Positions 56,494 to 64,000 of a stretch of 64,000 nt of DNA are shown piece by piece. The stretch is from an uncultured Acidobacteriota bacterium (GTDB lineage: Bacteria > Acidobacteriota > UBA6911), in the NCBI GenBank assembly GCA_963827655.1, contig CAWHCF010000044.1, positions 1 to 64,000 of the forward strand, written 5' to 3'. A program made the translations under genes and the position numbers. The notes beneath the pieces were generated by a model. The model saw nothing but the letters and a program-made list of their open reading frames with translations, was not told the DNA's origin and searched no databases. How positions within the stretch are numbered: the stretch's first letter is position 1; the number at the start of each line of letters is the position of its first letter.

Positions 56494-57429
56494 CTAACCC
56501 ATTCTCCGCCGCTGCAACTCGTCGAAGGTGACGGCGAGAACTATCACGGAGCCAATGATGATCTGCTGAAGGAATGGGGAAACACCCAGCAAGTTACACC
56601 CATTGCTGAGAAGGCCCATGATCAGAGAACCGACAATCGTCCCGGGGACAGAGCCCTGGCCACCGTTCAAGCTGCCGCCCCCAATCACGACAGCCGCAAT
56701 TACGCGCAGTTCATATCCCTCACCCGCAGTCGGCTGCCCGGTGACCAGCCTGGCGGCCTCAATCATTCCAGCCCATCCGGTCAAGGCACCCCCCAACGCA
56801 TAGACCACGAGGGTGTATTTCCCAAGGGGTATTCCTGAACAGCGCGCCGCCTCGGAGTTACTGCCAATGGCATAGCTGTAGCGTCCCAATCTTGTGTACT
56901 TCAGAATGAAATGAACCAGTACGGCGACTGTGAGCAAGAACAACATCGGTACCGGAATAACTCCCAGCACGCTACCCGTAGCGAGGACGCCGAAATCGCG
57001 GGTTAAGTTTGCCACGGGAATTCCTCCGGTCAGGATCAGTGTCAGGCCGCGATAGATACCCATGGTCCCGAGGGTTGCGATAAATGGAGGGATCTTCAGA
57101 GCGGTGATTGCGGCGCCATTGGTAAACCCGCAGACTGTGCCGACTAGTATCGCTCCCACAAGCGCAAGAGCTGTCGGAAGTTGAGAAGCAATAAGCATAG
57201 CCCCGCAAACACCGGCTAGTCCCACAATAGAACCGACCGACAGATCGATACCTCCCGAAGCGATTACGACCGTCATGCCGATCGCCATGATTGTGATCAC
57301 GGTGGTCTGGCGTACGACGGAGGACAGGTTATTTACGGTCAAAAAATAAGGAGAAGCTAGCGAGAGCGACAGGAATAGAACTGTGAGACTGATATAAGGA
57401 ATAAACCGCTTAAGGGTTTCTCGGCCCAT
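56494..57429 (-). CDS. Sugar ABC transporter permease (RbsC-like)
   Basis: GIDLSVG, IPPFIATLG, YELRVIAAVVIGG; likely start 57429. Confidence 0.92.
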   Translation of the reverse strand: MGRETLKRFIPYISLTVLFLSLSLASPYFLTVNNLSSVVRQTTVITIMAIGMTVVIASGGIDLSVGSIVGLAGVCGAMLIASQLPTALALVGAILVGTVCGFTNGAAITALKIPPFIATLGTMGIYRGLTLILTGGIPVANLTRDFGVLATGSVLGVIPVPMLFLLTVAVLVHFILKYTRLGRYSYAIGSNSEAARCSGIPLGKYTLVVYALGGALTGWAGMIEAARLVTGQPTAGEGYELRVIAAVVIGGGSLNGGQGSVPGTIVGSLIMGLLSNGCNLLGVSPFLQQIIIGSVIVLAVTFDELQRRRMG

Positions 57430-57643
57430 GACCCTGACTTGCGTAAAAAGAGAGACCAGCCCTGTTTTCGAAGCAAGATTTCCCACTCGTGGATTCCTGC
57501 TCCCTTGGAAAGCATCCACCGGAGAGCTTCCACGCCAGGAACCGCGCCGGCAACCCACGCGCATGACGCGCAGGCGGGCGCGAACGAAGCCGTTGTGCCT
57601 TCCTGTCCGGCTCTTTGATTCCGACCGCGGAGAGATCTCCGGT

Positions 57644-59134
57644 CTATTGCACCAGGGCTGCATGCCGCATGATTTCTTCCTGGCTGGTGCGCTGCGTTTC
57701 CAATTCAGCCACAAACTCGCCGCGGCGCATAACTGCAATCCGATGGCTCATTCCCAGAAGCTCCAGCAGATCGGAAGAAATCATCAGGATCGCCCCTCCC
57801 CCGCCCACAATGTCTTTCATCAGCTTGTAGATTTCGGCACGAGCTCCGAGATCGACCCCCTGGGTGGGTTCATCGAGAATAAGAACACCGGAGCCGGCGA
57901 ACAGCCAGCGTGCAATGAGAGCCTTCTGCTGGTTTCCTCCACTGAGGCGGTAGACCGGTTCACTCTCCGAGCGCGCCCGAATATCAAGCTTCCGGATGAG
58001 GCTTCGGCAGGCGCGCGCTTCATCCTTCAACCTCAGAACGAAGCCCCGCTCCACTCTCTCCAACGCTGCGATGGATATATTGTGGACGAGTGACAAGTGC
58101 GGGAAGAGGCTGGTGATTTTACGATCCTCTGTCAGATAGGCGAGACCGGCCTCGATCGCGTCCCCGCTACTTCTGAAAGCTACCTCGCGGCCGCGCAATA
58201 GAACGGAACCTTGGTCAGGAGGGTCCAGTCCAAAGATGCCCTGAGCCAGAGCGGTTCGTCCGGCGCCCACCAAACCCGCCAACCCCAACACTTCCCCTCG
58301 ACGTAAGAAGAACGAAATGTTGCGATATTTGCTTCCTTTACTCAGGCCCCGAACTTCCAGCGCTGTATCGTCGGTGGGGGCGGCGCGCGGAGGGTAGAGA
58401 TCCTTTATTTCGCGACCCACCATGTAGCGAACAATATCCATGGCGGTGACCGCGGCGAATTCGCCTGAAAAGACGCGGCGCCCGTCACGAAGAATCGTGA
58501 CGCGGTCGGCGATTCGAGGAAGCTCCTCCATTCGGTGCGAAATGTAGACCACGGCCATGCCACGGTTTCTGAGATCGCGGATTATGCGAAACAGCTCTTC
58601 GCTCTCGGCCTGAGATAGCATCGAGGTAGGCTCGTCCATGACCACGACCCTGGTAGCAACCGTCAGGGCTCGGGCGATTTCGACCATTTGTTTCTCCGCC
58701 GTCGTGAGGCGGACGACTCGGACGGACGGGTCCAGTGAAAAGCCGTGGCGGCGAAGCGTTTCCCGGGCCGCTCGAGTCATTTCGTTATTCTTGAGAATTC
58801 CCAAACGCCCGGTCGGTTCGGTTCCCAGATAGATATTTTCGGCCACGGTGAGGTGCGGCGCGAGGGTATGCTCCTGAAAAATCATGCTGATTCCGGCCCG
58901 GCGCGCGTCGTGGGGTTGTGAGATATGGATTTCCTGGCCGAGCATTCGCATGGAGCCGCCGTCGCGGGAGTAGACACCATTCAGGATCTTCATCAGTGTC
59001 GATTTACCCGCCCCGTTCTCTCCCACGAGCGCGTGGACTTCGCCTGGCTGCAGTGTCAGCTCAACATCATCGAGAACGAGATTCCCGCCGAATGATTTCC
59101 GGATTCCTTTCATCTCGAGAAGGGGGGCTGGCAT
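57644..59134 (-). CDS. Sugar ABC transporter ATPase (RbsA-like)
   Basis: GENGAGKST, LSGGNQQK, two NBDs. Confidence 0.95.
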   Translation of the reverse strand: MPAPLLEMKGIRKSFGGNLVLDDVELTLQPGEVHALVGENGAGKSTLMKILNGVYSRDGGSMRMLGQEIHISQPHDARRAGISMIFQEHTLAPHLTVAENIYLGTEPTGRLGILKNNEMTRAARETLRRHGFSLDPSVRVVRLTTAEKQMVEIARALTVATRVVVMDEPTSMLSQAESEELFRIIRDLRNRGMAVVYISHRMEELPRIADRVTILRDGRRVFSGEFAAVTAMDIVRYMVGREIKDLYPPRAAPTDDTALEVRGLSKGSKYRNISFFLRRGEVLGLAGLVGAGRTALAQGIFGLDPPDQGSVLLRGREVAFRSSGDAIEAGLAYLTEDRKITSLFPHLSLVHNISIAALERVERGFVLRLKDEARACRSLIRKLDIRARSESEPVYRLSGGNQQKALIARWLFAGSGVLILDEPTQGVDLGARAEIYKLMKDIVGGGGAILMISSDLLELLGMSHRIAVMRRGEFVAELETQRTSQEEIMRHAALVQ

Positions 59135-59145
59135 ATATTTCCGGG

Positions 59146-60153
59146 CTATTTCAGGTACTTCTCGATGGGTGGATTCACCAGTTCCTGGATGGGCGGGTCA
59201 TTCAGGTTGGCGGACGTAACGACAGTGGCGCCAGTATCAATGCGCTTCTCGGGAGTGCGTCCTCGAAGCTGATCTACCAGGGTCTTGACCGCCAGATATC
59301 CCATGCGAAAGGGATTCTGAACCACCAGCGAGTCGATCGAACCCGACTGCAAATCCTGGATGAGCGTGGCTGAAGTGTCGAACCCGACAATCTTGAGCCT
59401 GCCGGCGACCCCTTTGGATTTTGCCGCTTGAACCGCCCCTAGTGTCCCCGATTCGTTGCTGCAAAAGATTCCCGAGAGGTTGGGGTGCGCGGTAAGAATG
59501 TCTTCGGCTACCGCCAGCCCTTTCGCCCGGTCAGACATGCCATATTGAAACTCCACGATCTGCAGCAATGGGAATCTTGACGCGACTGTCTGCCGGAAAC
59601 CGTTTTCCCGTTCGGTGGTGGAGACGCTTCCTGGAATTGTCCCTATCATTGCGATTTCACCACCGCCGGGCAGGATCTCTCCCATGCGCTCGGCTGCTAA
59701 AATGCCGCCCCTATGGTTATCGGTCGAGACGTAACTCAGGTACTTGGTCGACTGAATTCCCGAGTCAAAGATGGTCACCAGGATACGCTCCTGAGCGGCG
59801 CGCTCGACAATGGGTACAAGAGATTCGCCGTGCGATGGGGCTAGCGCAATACCGTCAACGCGCTGGTTGACAAAGTCTTCGACGATGCTGATCTGGCGCG
59901 AGAAATCAATCTCGGAAGCCGGGCCGTTCCACCGTATCTCAGCGCCAAATTCCTGGCCTGCGGCTCTCGCTCCTGCGTGAACCGTCTGCCAAAAGACATG
60001 GGCTTGTCCCTTCGGCACGACCGCAATTACGAGCTGATCCCTTTGCTTACAGGCTGCTCCGGCAATCAATGCCACTGGCAATGCGAAATGAAGTAGAACT
60101 CTGGCCACACGCATCCAAGACCTCTTCCTGCCAGGATTTTTTCTCATGGACAC
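59146..60153 (-). CDS. Sugar ABC transporter substrate-binding lipoprotein
   Basis: AGAAC lipobox, VPKG..H.FW, TDN..GG, VVQNP..MGY; start uncertain. Confidence 0.92.
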   Translation of the reverse strand: MSMRKNPGRKRSWMRVARVLLHFALPVALIAGAACKQRDQLVIAVVPKGQAHVFWQTVHAGARAAGQEFGAEIRWNGPASEIDFSRQISIVEDFVNQRVDGIALAPSHGESLVPIVERAAQERILVTIFDSGIQSTKYLSYVSTDNHRGGILAAERMGEILPGGGEIAMIGTIPGSVSTTERENGFRQTVASRFPLLQIVEFQYGMSDRAKGLAVAEDILTAHPNLSGIFCSNESGTLGAVQAAKSKGVAGRLKIVGFDTSATLIQDLQSGSIDSLVVQNPFRMGYLAVKTLVDQLRGRTPEKRIDTGATVVTSANLNDPPIQELVNPPIEKYLK

Positions 60154-60340
60154 GATGGAAATAGTGACACCGGCACCTTTTCTTTCGGCCCTGAAAAATC
60201 CCGCGCACCCCGCAAAGTCTGCCGTGAAAAAAAGCTCCTGTCACCCTATTTCCCCAAAGAACCTTGCGTTAAGGTTCCCAACCATGTGAAATTAGCGCCA
60301 TGCAAAAAAGGACAATGGTTCATCGCGGGCGGAGAGAAGC

Positions 60341-61240
60341 ATGAGACCTGAAGGCGCTCTGGTCGCCATGGCGACGCCGTTACGCGAGAATGGAGCGATA
60401 CATCGCCAAACGCTTCGCCAAATGGTCGATTTCCTGATCGAGCGCGGTGTGGACGGGATTTTCGCCGCGAGCACAGTCGGGGAGTTTGTCCATCTTACGG
60501 CGCCGCAGCGCCACGAGCTGGTCAGCCTGGCGGTTGAGTACGCCGATGGCCGCGTACCGGTGCTGGCTGGCGCCGGCGATGTCACCGCCGCCCGCGTGGT
60601 TGAGCATTGCCGTGAGTTCAAGAAGGCCGGAGCTTCTTTCGCCACGGTGTTGCCGCCGTATTACTATGTAATAAGCCAGGAGGATCTCGTCGCTCACTAC
60701 CAGAGAATCGCCGATTCGATCGACATTCCTCTGGTCGTTTACCACATCCCCCAGTTCTCAAATCGAATGAGCGTTACGACCATGCTCAAGATAATCAAGA
60801 GCTGCGGGGCCGTGGCCTTGAAGAACAGCAATACCGATGTGGCTGAAATGATGGTGCTGCTTAATGAATTGCGGAGCACCACCGTCAGCTACCTGGTAGG
60901 ACCCGACGAGTTGATATTTACGGGACTGGAGCTGGGAGCAAGCGGCTGCATGTCCGGACTCACCGGGATCATCCCGGAAGGCGTCCGGGCAATGATCGAC
61001 GCCTTTCGAACCGGCAATGTGGAGTTTGCCAGGAAAATACAGTATGCCTTTCTGGAACTCCTGCAGCTGGCGTCGGATATTCCCTTTCCCCTGTCATACA
61101 GGGTTCTGATGACAACTCGCGGGTTCGACATGGGACCGCCCGTCCAGGCTCACTCGGCTGCTACCCTGAAGAAAGCTGAGCAACGAAGAACACCCCTGGC
61201 TCGCAAGATCGAAAGCATCCTCAAGACGCTGAGCGCCTAG
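60341..61240 (+). CDS. DHDPS/NAL-superfamily aldolase or dehydratase
   Basis: TP, STVGE, PPYY, YHIP, Schiff-base Lys in ALKNS. Confidence 0.88.
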   Translation: MRPEGALVAMATPLRENGAIHRQTLRQMVDFLIERGVDGIFAASTVGEFVHLTAPQRHELVSLAVEYADGRVPVLAGAGDVTAARVVEHCREFKKAGASFATVLPPYYYVISQEDLVAHYQRIADSIDIPLVVYHIPQFSNRMSVTTMLKIIKSCGAVALKNSNTDVAEMMVLLNELRSTTVSYLVGPDELIFTGLELGASGCMSGLTGIIPEGVRAMIDAFRTGNVEFARKIQYAFLELLQLASDIPFPLSYRVLMTTRGFDMGPPVQAHSAATLKKAEQRRTPLARKIESILKTLSA

Positions 61241-61335
61241 GAGAGACAGGAGAGTATCCGATAAGATGCTTCGCGTAGCAGAAACCAACCTCTTAAGACG
61301 CGAAGACTCGAAGAAAGGCTAAGAACCTCTAGCGG

Positions 61336-63855
<2,520 letters not shown>

Positions 63856-64000
63856 CTCGACCTCAGCAAATCTTGGAGCTAAAGAGAAACACGTGCAGAC
63901 TGCCGGCTCCGACGTTCGGGAATCAGCCTGCCAATACCTTACCGACGACGGATCACGCGCGTCACCAGAAAGAAGCGGTAAAAACCATAGGCCAGGAACA

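Overview
A GC-rich bacterial window, most likely Acidobacteriota (Tat-exported Gfo/Idh/MocA protein, Ser/Thr kinase-TolB fusion, ADOP permease remnant, divergent mPPase). It has two parts. (1) About 1-23.8 kb is accessory and mosaic DNA centred on a minus-strand tRNA-Arg(ACG) at 17013-17086. A 22-bp near-copy of the tRNA 3' end at 3934-3955, plus a tyrosine-integrase remnant next to the tRNA, delimits a ~13-kb integrated island. The island carries a surface-glycan cassette (GT-C-like membrane protein, epimerase, three methyltransferases including TylF, GT2), two toxin-antitoxin loci with destroyed toxins, IS91 and IS1-like debris, a SelA-like PLP enzyme and a PIG-L deacetylase. On the other side of the tRNA are a kinase/beta-propeller gene and an orphan eCIS-core (DUF4157) protein with a papain/C39-like C-terminus. 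Many genes in this part are frameshifted, through sequencing indels or decay. (2) About 23.8-64 kb is largely intact core genome: PQQ sugar dehydrogenase, S9 peptidase, queF, thioesterase, YyaL-like protein, accD-folC, an acyl-CoA carboxylase cluster, transaldolase/fsa, hslVU, thrC, an AlaX-like protein, GT2, a two-component system, a sugar ABC transporter with a DHDPS-family aldolase, and hppA. It is interspersed with a 202-bp MITE, a dispersed ~110-bp repeat and many heptamer/octamer repeat hairpins. No CRISPR array or rRNA was seen. All protein calls come from motif recognition by eye, not from database searches.
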